A program made the translations under genes and the position numbers. Shown here piece by piece: positions 1-13,984 of a stretch of 64,000 nucleotides of DNA. The stretch is from Phycisphaerae bacterium (GTDB lineage Bacteria; Planctomycetota; Phycisphaerae; UBA1845), in the NCBI GenBank assembly GCA_963666835.2, contig CAXXGO010000001.1, positions 448,001-512,000 on the forward strand, given 5' to 3'. The notes under the pieces are model-generated. The model was not told the origin of the DNA, did no database searches, and was given only the letters and a program-made list of their open reading frames with translations. Position 1 is the stretch's first letter; the number at the start of each line of letters is the position of its first letter.

Positions 1-2216
1 GACGACGTCGTTCCCGCCCGGCACGAATACTCCCACTCAGCCTCCGTAGGTAAACGGATCGTTCGACCAGTACGCGCCGACAACTTCCGGCAGAACTCCT
101 GAATCTCGTTCCACGACACGCTCTCGACCGGCCGGCTGTCGCCCTTGAAATGCGACGGATTACTCCCCATCACCGCACGCCACTGCGCCTGCGTTACCTC
201 ATGCTTGCCCATGTAAAACGGTTTGCTGATCCGTACCCGGTGTTGCGGGCCTTCATCGTCGTCGCGTTTCGCCTCTGACGACGGCGAACCCATCAAAAAC
301 TCGCCCGACTCGATCAAAACCAGATCCATCGTCACCCCGCCGCCCACGTCCACGGTCAGCGACGGCTCCGGACCGTAATAACCTTCGATCTTCTCCTTCA
401 GTCGAAGCGCCTCAGAGTGATCGGGTTCGAGCGTCAGCAGCGCCTCGAGAGCCCGCAAAGCGACCTTGCCGTTGGCCTTGCTGTCATTCGCCCTCGCATC
501 CCGCAACAACCCGGCTATCCGCTCACGCCGGTCCCGGGCCGCACGCTCCTGAGGGGACTCCAGCGACTCCAAACGCCCACGCTCCGCCAACGCCGCCGAA
601 TCGCCGGGGTACAATTCCAGAGCCCGACGAATCGCCGACAATCCGCGGTCACGCTCGGAGTACGTCGTGCAACCTCTGGCGGTAGTGACTAGCTGAGAGA
701 ACCTGCCCCGTTTCTCCCGTTCGGCAACCACAGCCGGATCCTCGATTTCGGCAATACGGGCTCGCTCCGCCAACGCCGCCGCGTCGTCAGGGTACAGAGC
801 CAGAGCCTCACGCGCGGCCGTCAAACCCCGATCGCGGCAGGCATACGCGGTACAACCGTTGGCCGTGGCAATCAGCCGCTCGTACTGCTGCCGCTTCTCG
901 CGCTCGGCAACGACAACCGGGTCCTCGATCCGCCCGATACGCTCCCGCTCCGCGATCGCTTGAGGGTCATCGGGGAACAGAAGCAACGCCGCCCGTACCG
1001 CAGAAAAGCCCCTGTCACGATCCGAGTACGCTGTGCAGCCCTTCGCCGTAGCCATCAGTTCATCGAATCGCGCAAGCTTCTGCTGGCCGGGATCAACCAC
1101 CTCCGGGGGAGACTCAGCTTCCTGTTCTTCCGCAGGAACTGCCACCACTGGACCCGATACCGGGGACACGGCCGGCTCTGTATCGGGCGGACGCGACCCA
1201 GCCCCCAGAACCGCCCACAAACCAACGGCGGCCAGTACGACCACGCCCGCGACGGCCAGCGTCCGACGATGGCCGTTACGGCCGACCGCGCGGAGATCTT
1301 GCAGCAGCCCCGCTGCCGAGGCGTAACGGCTGGACGGCTGTCGGTCCAGGCATCGTGCCACGACCGTGTCCCATTGCTTCGATAACCCACGGACAAGCTG
1401 CGACGGAGGTTTGGCCATCCCGGCAGGTCTTTCCCCCGTCACGAGTCGGTACGCGACCACTCCGAACGAGTAGATGTCCGTCCGTTGGTCGATTTCGCCC
1501 GTGCCCTCGCCACGCTGCTCCGGAGACATGTAGTCGTATGTACCCAGGATGCTCGACGCGCTGCTCGTGCGGCGGTTGCCGCTCCCACCCTCGGGGATGG
1601 TGGCCGCGGCGTCGAGCGTGTCCAACGCGCCGTCCGGGGACGGCGAGCGAAGCGTCGGCCGGCTGCCCAAGGAATGTTGCATCGTCGAGTGGATCTGCGA
1701 AAGGATGAACTCGCTCCCGATCGCCTTGGCCAGGCCGAAGTCGGTCAGCTTCGCATCGCCATCGGCGTCGATCAGGATGTTGGCCGGCTTGAGGTCGCGA
1801 TGGATCACGCCCCGCTCGTGGGCGTACTGCAACGCCTCGGCGATCTGAATGGACCACTTCCGCACTTTGGCCTCGGGCAAGCGGCCGTCCGGCTGCTGCT
1901 TGAGGTGCTCGTGCAGGCTCAGCGGCTTGCCCTCCGGACCGGTCACGTAGTCCATGACCAGGAAGTACACCCCCTCGGCACAACTCATGGCGTGAACCTG
2001 GACGATGTGCGGGTGATGCAGGTCGGCCATCACCCGGGCCTCGTCGTAGAATCGGGCGACGAACCCCTTATCCTGGGCCAGCCCGGCCGGCAGGATCTTC
2101 AGCGCGTACTTCTTACGCAGGTGAACGTGCTCGGCCAGATAAACCTCGCCCATCCCACCCGCGCCGATAGATTCCACGACCCGATAGTCGCCGAGTTGTC
2201 TGTCGATGAACGTCAT
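1..2216 (-). CDS. Transmembrane Ser/Thr protein kinase with C-terminal FGE-sulfatase/CLec domain (partial; 3' end and presumed VR lie outside the window)
   Basis: ATG at 2216 ([17 protein letters not shown]), HRDLKPAN and DFG motifs. Near-identical to parts of 17973-20564, 20798-23587 and 2442-5552. Frame at position 1 agrees with the start; not in the ORF track because no stop lies in the window. Confidence 0.9.
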   Translation of the reverse strand, partial: MTFIDRQLGDYRVVESIGAGGMGEVYLAEHVHLRKKYALKILPAGLAQDKGFVARFYDEARVMADLHHPHIVQVHAMSCAEGVYFLVMDYVTGPEGKPLSLHEHLKQQPDGRLPEAKVRKWSIQIAEALQYAHERGVIHRDLKPANILIDADGDAKLTDFGLAKAIGSEFILSQIHSTMQHSLGSRPTLRSPSPDGALDTLDAAATIPEGGSGNRRTSSASSILGTYDYMSPEQRGEGTGEIDQRTDIYSFGVVAYRLVTGERPAGMAKPPSQLVRGLSKQWDTVVARCLDRQPSSRYASAAGLLQDLRAVGRNGHRRTLAVAGVVVLAAVGLWAVLGAGSRPPDTEPAVSPVSGPVVAVPAEEQEAESPPEVVDPGQQKLARFDELMATAKGCTAYSDRDRGFSAVRAALLLFPDDPQAIAERERIGRIEDPVVVAEREKRQQYERLIATANGCTAYACRDRGLTAAREALALYPDDAAALAERARIAEIEDPAVVAEREKRGRFSQLVTTARGCTTYSERDRGLSAIRRALELYPGDSAALAERGRLESLESPQERAARDRRERIAGLLRDARANDSKANGKVALRALEALLTLEPDHSEALRLKEKIEGYYGPEPSLTVDVGGGVTMDLVLIESGEFLMGSPSSEAKRDDDEGPQHRVRISKPFYMGKHEVTQAQWRAVMGSNPSHFKGDSRPVESVSWNEIQEFCRKLSARTGRTIRLPTEAEWEYSCRAGTTS

Positions 2217-2362
2217 GGGCAGTTTCTGCCTTTTGGTCTTTGGCACGACAGTCGCAAATCGCCTCTGGGACCGCAAGATGTCGAGCGGGCGACACATCCC
2301 ATCCCGCCGCGACCCAATCGCCACAGGACCTTGTACGGACCGATCTGTTGCGGGTCAGTCAT
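2213..2362 (-). pseudogene. 49-aa kinase N-terminal fragment ([22 protein letters not shown] plus unrelated tail)
   Basis: First 22 codons copy the start of 2442-5552; its TGA overlaps the ATG of the next kinase (ATGA). Confidence 0.75.
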
Positions 2363-2382
2363 GCTTGCCACTCAACTTCGCA

Positions 2383-2419
2383 CGCCGCTATCAGCGGCGA
2401 CCAGGGGCTCCGCCCCTGG
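2383..2419 (-). promoter_or_regulatory. DGR target-type tandem hairpins downstream of VR
   Basis: CCAGGGGC-GGA-GCCCCTGG followed by CGCCGCT-GAT-AGCGGCG, about 20 nt after the stop codon. Confidence 0.8.
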
Positions 2420-2441
2420 ACCCCGGGAAAAGAGAAAAGAG

Positions 2442-5552
<3,111 letters not shown>

Positions 5553-5740
5553 GCTTACTTTGCGACGTCAAAGCGGCACCTACCGTGTTCAACGACGTCA
5601 TCCACCTCGGTAGTTGTTGCTCAATAGAACTCCGACAGCATCACCACGTAGCGGCTTCTTCGCAAGGTCCGCCGGAAGATCTTCCAAGTACGAAGAGACT
5701 CCAAACATCACGCGAAGCAGATGGAGACCTCGGGGCTGAT

Positions 5741-8386
5741 CTACTCCTCTACCCAGTTCTTGATGTCGTCGCTGCCTTCCTTGCCACCGTCGTCCTTCCC
5801 GTCAGGTCCACAACTCCACAGGTCGAATGCGTGCTCATTCACTTCGCCTGGGCAGCGATACTCGTACGGATTTTTCCATGGATCAACAAGCTCATCCGAC
5901 TTCCCCTCGAGATAGGGCCCTCGGTACCGCTCGTCAGAGGCGAGATTCACCGGAGGAAACAACGCTGCGAGGCCCTGATTAGTGTCCGGGAACACCATCA
6001 TATCCCATCTGTAGGCGGACAGGGCCTTGGCGATTCGACCACTTCGGTGCACAGCAGCTTTGGCCGTATCGATGCGCGCTTCCTCCGACTCGCGCGCCAC
6101 GGTCACGACGGCACCATGACCGGCACGAGGGAAAGCCACAGGGGTTGCAGACTGGCCGCTCCCTGAAACGCGGTGCGGATCACGAGATTGGACATTAGCC
6201 ACAACGCGGAACCCGATGTAGTTGCTGCGGATGTCCGGCCCGGCCATGGCGCGAAACGCACAACTGCAGTAGAGCGCATAGTTGGCCCACGAGCCTCCCC
6301 GGAGAACACGGGACGTTCCTCTACCAGGACCGGCCGGGGCCGTGTCCAGAGAGTTCGCATAGTAGTCCCAGTCATGCCAATCACCGCACCACTCCCAGAC
6401 GTTTCCGTGCATGTCATACAGACCCCACCCGTTAGGCTGTTTCGTACCCACCGCATGCGTATTCCGCCCGGAGTTATCCCAGTACCAAGCATGGTCGCCC
6501 AAGCCCCCCGCCCAGTCTCCGAACGAATACGCCGTCTCCGTGCCCGCTCGGCACGCGTACTCCCACTCTGCCTCCGTAGGTAACCGCATTGTTCGACCCG
6601 CACGACGAGCCAACCACTCGCAAAACGCCGTCGCGTCGGTCCAACTGACGCATGCCACCGGGTGTTCATCGGTCTGGCTGTAACCCGGATCCCGCCAGCT
6701 CAGCCCAGCAACCAACTGCCACTTCCCGTCCTTCCCCGCCCTTGCGTCGCCGTATTTCTCCGCGTCCGTTACGTGCCCCGTGGACTCCACGAAACACCGA
6801 AACTGGCCCACCGTGACCTCACGTGTCGCCATGTAGAACGGCTTGCTGATCCGAACGCGTTGGCGTGGCTTTCCGTCGAAATCTTCGTTGTGCCAGTCCG
6901 TAAACACCAGCTCCACCGCGCGCGAGACCGAGGAGTAGTCGTACGCCTTGGTCGAAAATTCGCCCGACTCGATCAAAACCAGCTCCATCGTCGACCCGCT
7001 GCCCAAGTCGATGGACAGTGTGTTCGAGAGATCGCTTGCCGCGGCCGCATTCTCATGCGTGGCGGGTCGAGAAGCCTGCGTCGATTGCTCGGGAGGAGAG
7101 TCCGTTGCTCTTGGCTTCTTGCCCTGCGATGATTGCGTCATTCCCGGAGAAGGGGTCTCGCGAGTCCTTGGTGCGTTCGATGAGTACTGCTTGGAGAGTC
7201 CTCCGGAATGCCAAACCAGCAACGGGATGACAAACGACGCGACCAGCACCAGAATGTCCCCAAATTCAAGAGTCCTACGGCGTCCTTTCTTCGCGCCAGA
7301 CCGTACCGGCTCTCGCACGACCGCTTCCGCCGCTAAAGCCGGCTCTTTCTGCCCAGTGGGCGCCGTGGCGTCGACCGCAGGCGGTCTCGGCTCTTCACCG
7401 GTCTTCGAAGGTAACTGGACGGGCCTCGCGAACTTCGCCGGCGACTCGAACAGTTCGACAAGCCCCTGCGCGCTGGTTGGGCGATCCTGTTGATCCTTGG
7501 CTAGCCCTCGTCGAATCGCGGCATTAACGTGCGGCGAGACGTCCTCGATCTCCGGGGGCTCAAGGTGCAGGAGTTGATGCCCGATCGAGCCCTGATAGAA
7601 CGGCGGGTGGCCGGCTAGGCATTCGTACAGCGTCGCGGCGAAAGAGTACACGTCCGATGCCTCCGTCGGCGGTTTGCCACTGAACTGCTCCGGCGACATG
7701 TACAGCAGGGTCCCCGACGTCTCCTGGCCGGTGACCCGGGTCATCGAGTCCTTCAGTTCCCGGGCGATTCCGAAATCCAGCACCAGCGCGTGCCCGTCGG
7801 GTGTCACCATGATGTTCGACGGCTTGATGTCGCGGTGCAGCACCGGCGGGGAGCTGCTATGGGCATGGTCCAACGCTTCGGCCACGTCCCTGGCGATCGG
7901 CAGCAGCTCGCCAAGGGGCATCAGGCGATCGGCTTTGCCGTCCAGCAGCTCCTCCAGCGTCTGCCCCTGAATGTACTCCATCACGAGGAACTTGACGTCA
8001 CCGTCGGCGTTGAACGTGTGCAGCCGGCAGATCCGCGGATGAGTGAGCCGCAGGGCGATGGCCGCCTCGCGCTTGAGGCTCTTGATGCTGCGGGGGTTAC
8101 GAGCCAACATCGGCGGCAGGACCTTGATGGCGACCGGCATGTCATCCAGCTCGGTATCCACGGCCTGCCACACTTCGCCCATGCCGCCCGAACCAAGCCG
8201 ATTCCCCACGCGATACCGCCCGGCCAGCACGCGACCCTCGCACAGCTCACCGGCATGCACGGTCCTCGCCCCGTCGAGCGTATCGCCGGCACCCGGCGCG
8301 GCGAGATCATCCAACACCGAGCCGCAGTGCTTGCACTTGACGGCTTGGTCCTGGATCTCCTCGGCGCAGAACGGGCAGGTCTTCAT
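5741..8386 (-). CDS. Zinc ribbon - Ser/Thr kinase - TM - FGE-sulfatase/CLec - GspG-like C-terminal domain; VR-like segment 6215-6286
   Basis: [28 protein letters not shown]. The tail GPYL..DPWKNPYEYRCPG..FDLWSCGPDG..DDIKNW is typical of T2SS pseudopilin G. Confidence 0.9.
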   Translation of the reverse strand: MKTCPFCAEEIQDQAVKCKHCGSVLDDLAAPGAGDTLDGARTVHAGELCEGRVLAGRYRVGNRLGSGGMGEVWQAVDTELDDMPVAIKVLPPMLARNPRSIKSLKREAAIALRLTHPRICRLHTFNADGDVKFLVMEYIQGQTLEELLDGKADRLMPLGELLPIARDVAEALDHAHSSSPPVLHRDIKPSNIMVTPDGHALVLDFGIARELKDSMTRVTGQETSGTLLYMSPEQFSGKPPTEASDVYSFAATLYECLAGHPPFYQGSIGHQLLHLEPPEIEDVSPHVNAAIRRGLAKDQQDRPTSAQGLVELFESPAKFARPVQLPSKTGEEPRPPAVDATAPTGQKEPALAAEAVVREPVRSGAKKGRRRTLEFGDILVLVASFVIPLLVWHSGGLSKQYSSNAPRTRETPSPGMTQSSQGKKPRATDSPPEQSTQASRPATHENAAAASDLSNTLSIDLGSGSTMELVLIESGEFSTKAYDYSSVSRAVELVFTDWHNEDFDGKPRQRVRISKPFYMATREVTVGQFRCFVESTGHVTDAEKYGDARAGKDGKWQLVAGLSWRDPGYSQTDEHPVACVSWTDATAFCEWLARRAGRTMRLPTEAEWEYACRAGTETAYSFGDWAGGLGDHAWYWDNSGRNTHAVGTKQPNGWGLYDMHGNVWEWCGDWHDWDYYANSLDTAPAGPGRGTSRVLRGGSWANYALYCSCAFRAMAGPDIRSNYIGFRVVANVQSRDPHRVSGSGQSATPVAFPRAGHGAVVTVARESEEARIDTAKAAVHRSGRIAKALSAYRWDMMVFPDTNQGLAALFPPVNLASDERYRGPYLEGKSDELVDPWKNPYEYRCPGEVNEHAFDLWSCGPDGKDDGGKEGSDDIKNWVEE

Positions 8387-8411
8387 CAGGGATCTCCTCC
8401 CAAGAGCCGGG

Positions 8412-10259
8412 CTACTGTTTCTTCCCGCACGCGGTGCAGAAGTTGCCGCCCGATTCTAGCGGGGCGTTGCAGTGCGCACAGCACGCACCCGCCTTTCCGC
8501 CCGATTGGGAGTTGACCATCACGTGGGCTCCGCCGCCACCACCGCCCGGGGTCACGATGGTATCCGGCGGCTCCACCGGCCGGGCGCGGGTACCGGCCAC
8601 GTGCCCCATCTGCTGCAGGGCGGTCTGCATAATCCGCTCCATCCGATCGGCGGTATCCGCGGACGCCTCCTTCTGCTCGGCGACGCGCTTCTCGAGCAGC
8701 TCGCGCATCTCGTCGGAGAGACGGCCGTCGGCCTTGTACTTCTCGGCGAGGGCCTGGGCGGCGGCCGGGGAAGCCTCGGCCGTGATCGCAAGGATCTGCT
8801 CCGGGGTGAGGTTCTTCTGACGCTCGAGCTTGGTCAGATCCGCGATCCGGTCACCCGCGGGACCGTCTACAATAGAGAGAAGCGCCTCGACCGTCGCATT
8901 ACTTCGCTCGGCGAGCCGCTTGGCCTCGACCTGCTGGGTCCACTCTTCGCGTTTGCGATCGCGATCGTCCATGCGATCCAACAGATCCTGACCGGCGAGC
9001 GCCTCGGTCATGTCCTGCTCGTGGTCCTTCGCCCGGGTCTCGCGCTGGATGTCGTCGATCTTCCCATCGGTCGCGGCCTCTTCCACGCGCCGCGCTCTCT
9101 GGCGCCGGTGGGCCTCGTCGAGCGCGTCCTCATCGGCCAGTTGTTGCTTGCGCGCCTCGTCGCGTAGGGCGTCTTGAGAGATACCTTCAATCTCGATACG
9201 CCGCAGGGTCTGCTCGCGGTCGCGCTCGTGCTCGAATCGCGACTTCAAGCGGATCATCTCGTCGTCGCGGATGACGTCCTTGAGACCCAGCTCGTGTTCG
9301 GTCTGGCGGATGAAGTCCTCGAGGTCCTTCTCGCTGGTGAACTCGTCCATCTTGTCGGTGGTGAGCACGTCGCGGAGGCGGCGGGTGAGCTGGGCTCGCT
9401 GGTCCTGCAGGTCGATGTCCTTACCGAAGGTCTGCAGCTCGCCCTCTTTGGCCCGTAGTCCTTCGTATGCCTCCCCGCAGAAGTCGACGAAACGCAACTG
9501 GATCAGACTCAACCCGAACCGCGAGAACGTCGTGCGCAAATGCTCGCGAAGCTGGGCCTCGATCTCATACCGGGCGTCGATACTGCCGAACAGTTGATCG
9601 GCCTTGTACTTGAGCACGATGCCCTCGAGCAACATCTGGACCTCTTCGGCAAGGAGGCACTCGAGCTGGTCGAGGGTAACCTGGCCGCGGCCTTTGATGA
9701 GGTTCTTGAACAGGCTCTCGGGATCCTGCACCTGGATCACCAGACGCAAAGACACGCCCACCTCGAACTTGTCCGAAGTCCACAGCCGGCCGTTCTCCAG
9801 ATCGCAGGTGGTGTCGCCGGCGTCCATGATGACGATACTGGCGGGGTTATCGATCATGAAGTTGGTAAGCCGCTGGGCGAACCCGCCGACGTCGTAGCGT
9901 GATTCCTGCAGTTCGCCGGCGAACTTGCCGGACTGGAACACAAGCCCGGTCGTTCCGTGCTCCACGATGAGCGGCTTGACCAGCCACCCCTTGACGTCGT
10001 CCACATCGATCCGGATGGCGAAATCCTCGGGCTGGCGGGCCCAGCGGTTGTGGTCGAACTTCGGCTTGACCGACACGGCCATGTCCGCCCCGCACTGCGG
10101 GCAGAACTTGGCGCTGCTGCGGACGTTGGCGTTACAGCTACCGCAGGGGACCGTTCCTTTCGGGGCGCCAGCGCCGCACTTCGGGCAATAAGTGGCGCCC
10201 TTGCGGACGCGCTGGTCGCAGTTCGGATTGATACATTTGTTCGTTCGAAAACCCATCAC
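8412..10259 (-). CDS. SPFH (band-7)-like domain protein with N-terminal double zinc ribbon, coiled coil and C-terminal zinc ribbon
   Basis: CxxC pairs at both ends; LIVEHGTTGLVFQSGK and FGLSLIQLRFVDF resemble the SPFH core; long E/R/Q-rich helical region. Confidence 0.7.
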   Translation of the reverse strand: MMGFRTNKCINPNCDQRVRKGATYCPKCGAGAPKGTVPCGSCNANVRSSAKFCPQCGADMAVSVKPKFDHNRWARQPEDFAIRIDVDDVKGWLVKPLIVEHGTTGLVFQSGKFAGELQESRYDVGGFAQRLTNFMIDNPASIVIMDAGDTTCDLENGRLWTSDKFEVGVSLRLVIQVQDPESLFKNLIKGRGQVTLDQLECLLAEEVQMLLEGIVLKYKADQLFGSIDARYEIEAQLREHLRTTFSRFGLSLIQLRFVDFCGEAYEGLRAKEGELQTFGKDIDLQDQRAQLTRRLRDVLTTDKMDEFTSEKDLEDFIRQTEHELGLKDVIRDDEMIRLKSRFEHERDREQTLRRIEIEGISQDALRDEARKQQLADEDALDEAHRRQRARRVEEAATDGKIDDIQRETRAKDHEQDMTEALAGQDLLDRMDDRDRKREEWTQQVEAKRLAERSNATVEALLSIVDGPAGDRIADLTKLERQKNLTPEQILAITAEASPAAAQALAEKYKADGRLSDEMRELLEKRVAEQKEASADTADRMERIMQTALQQMGHVAGTRARPVEPPDTIVTPGGGGGGAHVMVNSQSGGKAGACCAHCNAPLESGGNFCTACGKKQ

Positions 10260-10260
10260 A

Positions 10261-10929
10261 TTAGCTCCGATTCGCGGTTCCGGCCGGCCGGAAAGCGCGC
10301 CTGAGTTTCGCCAGGAAGATCAAGAGGATCATGAGAAGGAAGAAGAGGGCCAACACCAACATCGGGAATTGCCAGAACCGGGCGACTGCGTCGCTCCAAT
10401 GGATGAGCGCCTCGGCGGCCTGCATTCCGCTGGTCCAGATGTTCTCGCCGGTTTCGACAACGCCCATGTTCACGATGGCTTTGACGTGCCCCCGCGTACC
10501 CCACAAGTTGGTCGTGTGGTCCCAGATATCGCCGTAGATAATCGCGTCTACGCCTTCCAGCTCTCCGAAACGCTGGACCGTTTCGGGCTTCATGATGTCA
10601 CCCTTACGATCGCCGAACTCGATCTCTCCGGCCAGCAGGTCGAGCCTGGCGTCGCGGACGTACAGCTTGAACGGGCTGCGCGTCACCGCCGCCTCCAAGG
10701 CCGCCGTTACGTAGCCGTCCTCGTCCCCGCGCACGGTGACGACCGCCACGTTCACGACACCCTCTAAACTGGCCTTGTCCAGGTCCGCGGCGATCTGCTC
10801 GACGACTTTGTCGGTGGCCCGTTGGAGAATGTCGTTCTCGTTTGCCAACGCCGGGCCGGCCAGGAGTATCAAGCCCAGCGCCGCGAGGGTTCCCGGTCGC
10901 CGAAGTCTCATAGTTTGGAATCTGCTCAT
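10261..10929 (-). CDS. Exported CsgG/TolB-N-like protein with C-terminal membrane anchor
   Basis: Signal peptide ending ALA, FGELEGVDAIIYG motif, hydrophobic C-terminus followed by RR. Confidence 0.55.
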   Translation of the reverse strand: MSRFQTMRLRRPGTLAALGLILLAGPALANENDILQRATDKVVEQIAADLDKASLEGVVNVAVVTVRGDEDGYVTAALEAAVTRSPFKLYVRDARLDLLAGEIEFGDRKGDIMKPETVQRFGELEGVDAIIYGDIWDHTTNLWGTRGHVKAIVNMGVVETGENIWTSGMQAAEALIHWSDAVARFWQFPMLVLALFFLLMILLIFLAKLRRAFRPAGTANRS

Positions 10930-10977
10930 CGTTATGTCCTTGTGTACTGCCGGACGAGGGCGCGCCCTCACCGGGGC

Positions 10978-11988
10978 CTAGTCAAAGAAGTCCTGATCTG
11001 CTTTGATCACCTTGCCGTGTCGCTCGACGCTTTCGATGCGTACGCGATCACGGCGCAGCTCATCGACGTACGGCGCCAGGAATCGCTCGACATCGAAGCG
11101 GCAGAGCACGTCGTACTCCGCCGTATCCGATCTGTCGTCCCAACGCTCCAGCGAGACATAGTAGATCCCCACGCGTCGCTGCAACCCGACCCGTAAGTCG
11201 TCCGCCTCTCGAAAGTGCCTCAACCCCGAAACCGCGAGCCTCATCCGGACGAGGCTCGTTGCCTCCCACTTGCGGGTGACTTCGTCCGTCAGGTACGCGG
11301 CTAGGTCTTCGGCCGCCTTCTCCAGGGCGTCCTCGCCGGCTTCGGCCTCGTCGAGATCCCGCTGGCCCTTGCGGCGGACGGTCTTCGTGGCAATCTGCTG
11401 GTGCGTCGTGAGGTTGAGCACCTTGCCCCGGAGCTTGCACTTGAACAGGTAGTAGTTGCCGTGTTTGTCGAACTGCTCCGCCTCGCCGTCCATCAGGAAC
11501 GCGAGGTTGCAGTCGTTCTCCGTCCGGAACCGGTCCTGCTGCGCTTCGGACGGCTCGAAGGGCAACCGGTCTGTCATCTCGATCACGTTGAAGCTCAGCT
11601 CGGCCATCTTGTTGGCCAGGACATCTCGCGCGACGGTGGTCGTCTCGACTCCGTCGGGCAGGGCGATCCGCTCGCGGCTGCTGATCATCATCCGCTGCAG
11701 ATTCAGCAGTGCCTTGTGCACGATGTCATGCTTCTGGGCATTCGTATAGGTCGGGCGGATCGGGGCATCGTCGTCATCCGCGATACGATCATCCGGCCTC
11801 GGTTCGTCCCGGTCGGGCTCGGGCGTCGGGTCGGGCTCAGGTGCGGGGTTGGGCTCCGGTTCAGGGGTTCGCCCCTGGTTCTTCTGGTAGTCGTCACCGT
11901 ATCCGATCTGTTTTCCGCTGCATCCGGGCAGGGCGAAGGCGAGAACGACGATCACGCCCCAAGCCGGCCATCGTAGTGAGCACTTCAT
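10978..11988 (-). CDS. Lipoprotein of unknown function with Pro/Glu linker
   Basis: Lipobox LPGC after a hydrophobic stretch; PEPEPNPAPEP linker. Confidence 0.75.
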   Translation of the reverse strand: MKCSLRWPAWGVIVVLAFALPGCSGKQIGYGDDYQKNQGRTPEPEPNPAPEPDPTPEPDRDEPRPDDRIADDDDAPIRPTYTNAQKHDIVHKALLNLQRMMISSRERIALPDGVETTTVARDVLANKMAELSFNVIEMTDRLPFEPSEAQQDRFRTENDCNLAFLMDGEAEQFDKHGNYYLFKCKLRGKVLNLTTHQQIATKTVRRKGQRDLDEAEAGEDALEKAAEDLAAYLTDEVTRKWEATSLVRMRLAVSGLRHFREADDLRVGLQRRVGIYYVSLERWDDRSDTAEYDVLCRFDVERFLAPYVDELRRDRVRIESVERHGKVIKADQDFFD

Positions 11989-12327
11989 GTCTGGCTATCT
12001 CCAATCAACATGGCTGGTTCGTCTCTTATTGATTAGCGGGGGCGGCTGCCACCCGCGAGTCATTACCGAGAACAGGTCTTTCCGGTGGCGGTCTACTTGT
12101 CTTCCGCCGGGGGAGTTACGGGCTCGTTCGGGCCCGGGTGAACCGGTCCATCGCGGGGCGGATCATAATCCACCTTCTCACACCGCTGGTGCGTGCAGCA
12201 CCCGGAAACCGCGAGCGTAGTCACAAACACGACGGCAAGTCTGCCAAGCCGGGCAATGACGTTCATGATCTTGACCCTTCCAAGAGCTCTACGTGGTCAT
12301 TCGTATTCGTTCGGGAGCTGCATCGAA

Positions 12328-13581
12328 TCACGCCAACGGACGCGACAGCATCAGGCCCTTACCGGCCCGCTCCCGAACATCGTATTGGCCCGTTCGGTGC
12401 AACTCGTCGAACGCGGCCCGTAGCCAACTAACGTGGCCGCCGCACTCCTGCGCGGCGTAATCGAGCGAAACACAATCATAGCGACTCACCAGCTCCGTGA
12501 GCTGCTCTCGGATCCGGGTCAACTCGCGGGCCAGCCGCGCCGGAGCCAATAGTGGCCAAAACGCCAGGAGCCGATCGTCATTCTCGTCAAGGTGTACGTG
12601 GTCGGCGTGCAGATCCCACAGGCCGATACCCAGCCGCTTATCCCTGAACGCCGAGCCGTGGTCTGCTTGGGTGATGATCTTGACGGCGGGCTCGCTCCAA
12701 CCGGTCGGCGATCCGATCGACACGACGTGGAACCGATCCTCCTTCCCCGCGCGCTTGCGCAGGTCGTCCAATACCGGGTTCAGCTCGACTTCCCCCAGCG
12801 GCTCTCCGTCGTAGCCTTGAGTCTCGAGTACGTCGGTCCGTGCCAGGAACCTCGCCTCCAACACGAGCCCGCCCTTGGGCTTGCCCCATCCGCCGATCCG
12901 GAGCGTGAACCGGCTGATCGTATTCGCCGGGCCGTGCACCGCCCCGCGAGTGCCGGCCTCCATCACGTGCTTTACCCGCGCGAGGCGCAGGGGTACTGCG
13001 AGCCCGGCGAGGGGATCCGGCAGCTCATTCACGTGCTCCAGCCGCTGGGCGAACGCTCGAACGAACGCCTCTTCCGCCAGCTTGGCCTCGTCCGCCGTAA
13101 CCACCGGCCGACCCTCCCGGCGAAGTCGCTCGACCATCGACCCGAGATGAGGGCGGCTCGGCTCGACCGGAACACCATCTACGCCATCGTCGGCATCCGA
13201 TCGGGTGACGGCCGCGGTGGTCTTACCCGCCCCGTGCGCGGCACACCGCCGGATCTTGCGGACGGCCCAGCAAGCCTGGCAGATACTCAACTCGCATAAC
13301 TCGCACTTGCCCGCGATGGAAAACTCGCTCACGAGACTGGCGCCGCAAGCCCCACACCGCCGCCCTTCACCGGAGGTGAGCCCGGTCCGTCTGGTCTGGA
13401 CGGCGAGCTGCTCTTTCTGCCGTTCGAAGTACTCGTCGAGATCCTCTTCGCGAATCCGGTAGATCCGACCGACTTTGCCGGCCGGGATATCGCCGGCGCG
13501 AACCAGGCGGTAGATGGTCTTGTACTCAACCCCCAGCCGGTCAGCAGCTTCTTCAACCGTGAGAAATTTGCCCATCAGCAT
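12328..13581 (-). CDS. Excisionase-type HTH DNA-binding protein with Cys-rich zinc finger and an unassigned C-terminal domain
   Basis: FLTVEEAADRLGVEYKTIYRLVRAGDIPAGKVGRIYRI; CGAC..CELC..CQAC..CAAH. Start placed downstream of the predicted promoter (13575 is an alternative). Confidence 0.8.
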   Translation of the reverse strand: MLMGKFLTVEEAADRLGVEYKTIYRLVRAGDIPAGKVGRIYRIREEDLDEYFERQKEQLAVQTRRTGLTSGEGRRCGACGASLVSEFSIAGKCELCELSICQACWAVRKIRRCAAHGAGKTTAAVTRSDADDGVDGVPVEPSRPHLGSMVERLRREGRPVVTADEAKLAEEAFVRAFAQRLEHVNELPDPLAGLAVPLRLARVKHVMEAGTRGAVHGPANTISRFTLRIGGWGKPKGGLVLEARFLARTDVLETQGYDGEPLGEVELNPVLDDLRKRAGKEDRFHVVSIGSPTGWSEPAVKIITQADHGSAFRDKRLGIGLWDLHADHVHLDENDDRLLAFWPLLAPARLARELTRIREQLTELVSRYDCVSLDYAAQECGGHVSWLRAAFDELHRTGQYDVRERAGKGLMLSRPLA

Positions 13582-13632
13582 CGCTCGGAAAGTGGTCCAG
13601 CATCGGAGCATCCTGGCTCCCAACGCTCCTGA

Positions 13633-13661
13633 ATCATAACGGATTCCCGGGCACCCTACAA
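13633..13661 (-). promoter_or_regulatory. Putative sigma70 promoter of the HTH gene
   Basis: TTGTAG-17 nt-TATGAT on the minus strand, with an A-tract upstream. Confidence 0.5.
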
Positions 13662-13984
13662 TACTTTTTTGTACCACAATTACCCCCTATTACCTTCCAT
13701 GTTCCCAGATGACTCCGTAAGTCGTTATAAGACCCGGACTTACGAATCCTCGAGTTTCAGCGTTTTTTTGAGGTTTGGTGGCCGGATTCCGGTGGGGCTG
13801 GGGGCAAACCGGCCGGTTGGGGGCCGCCCGGCGGGCGCGACCGCGTCACGTGGGGACAGCTCGGACCGGACCCCGCGGCCGACCCCGGCAAGGCACTCCC
13901 GGGATCCCCAATCCTATGAAGTGCCGACGACTTGGCACCAGAGGTGCAAGAGCGTGGTTCCGCCCTGTCGGGCAGCGTGGGCCG

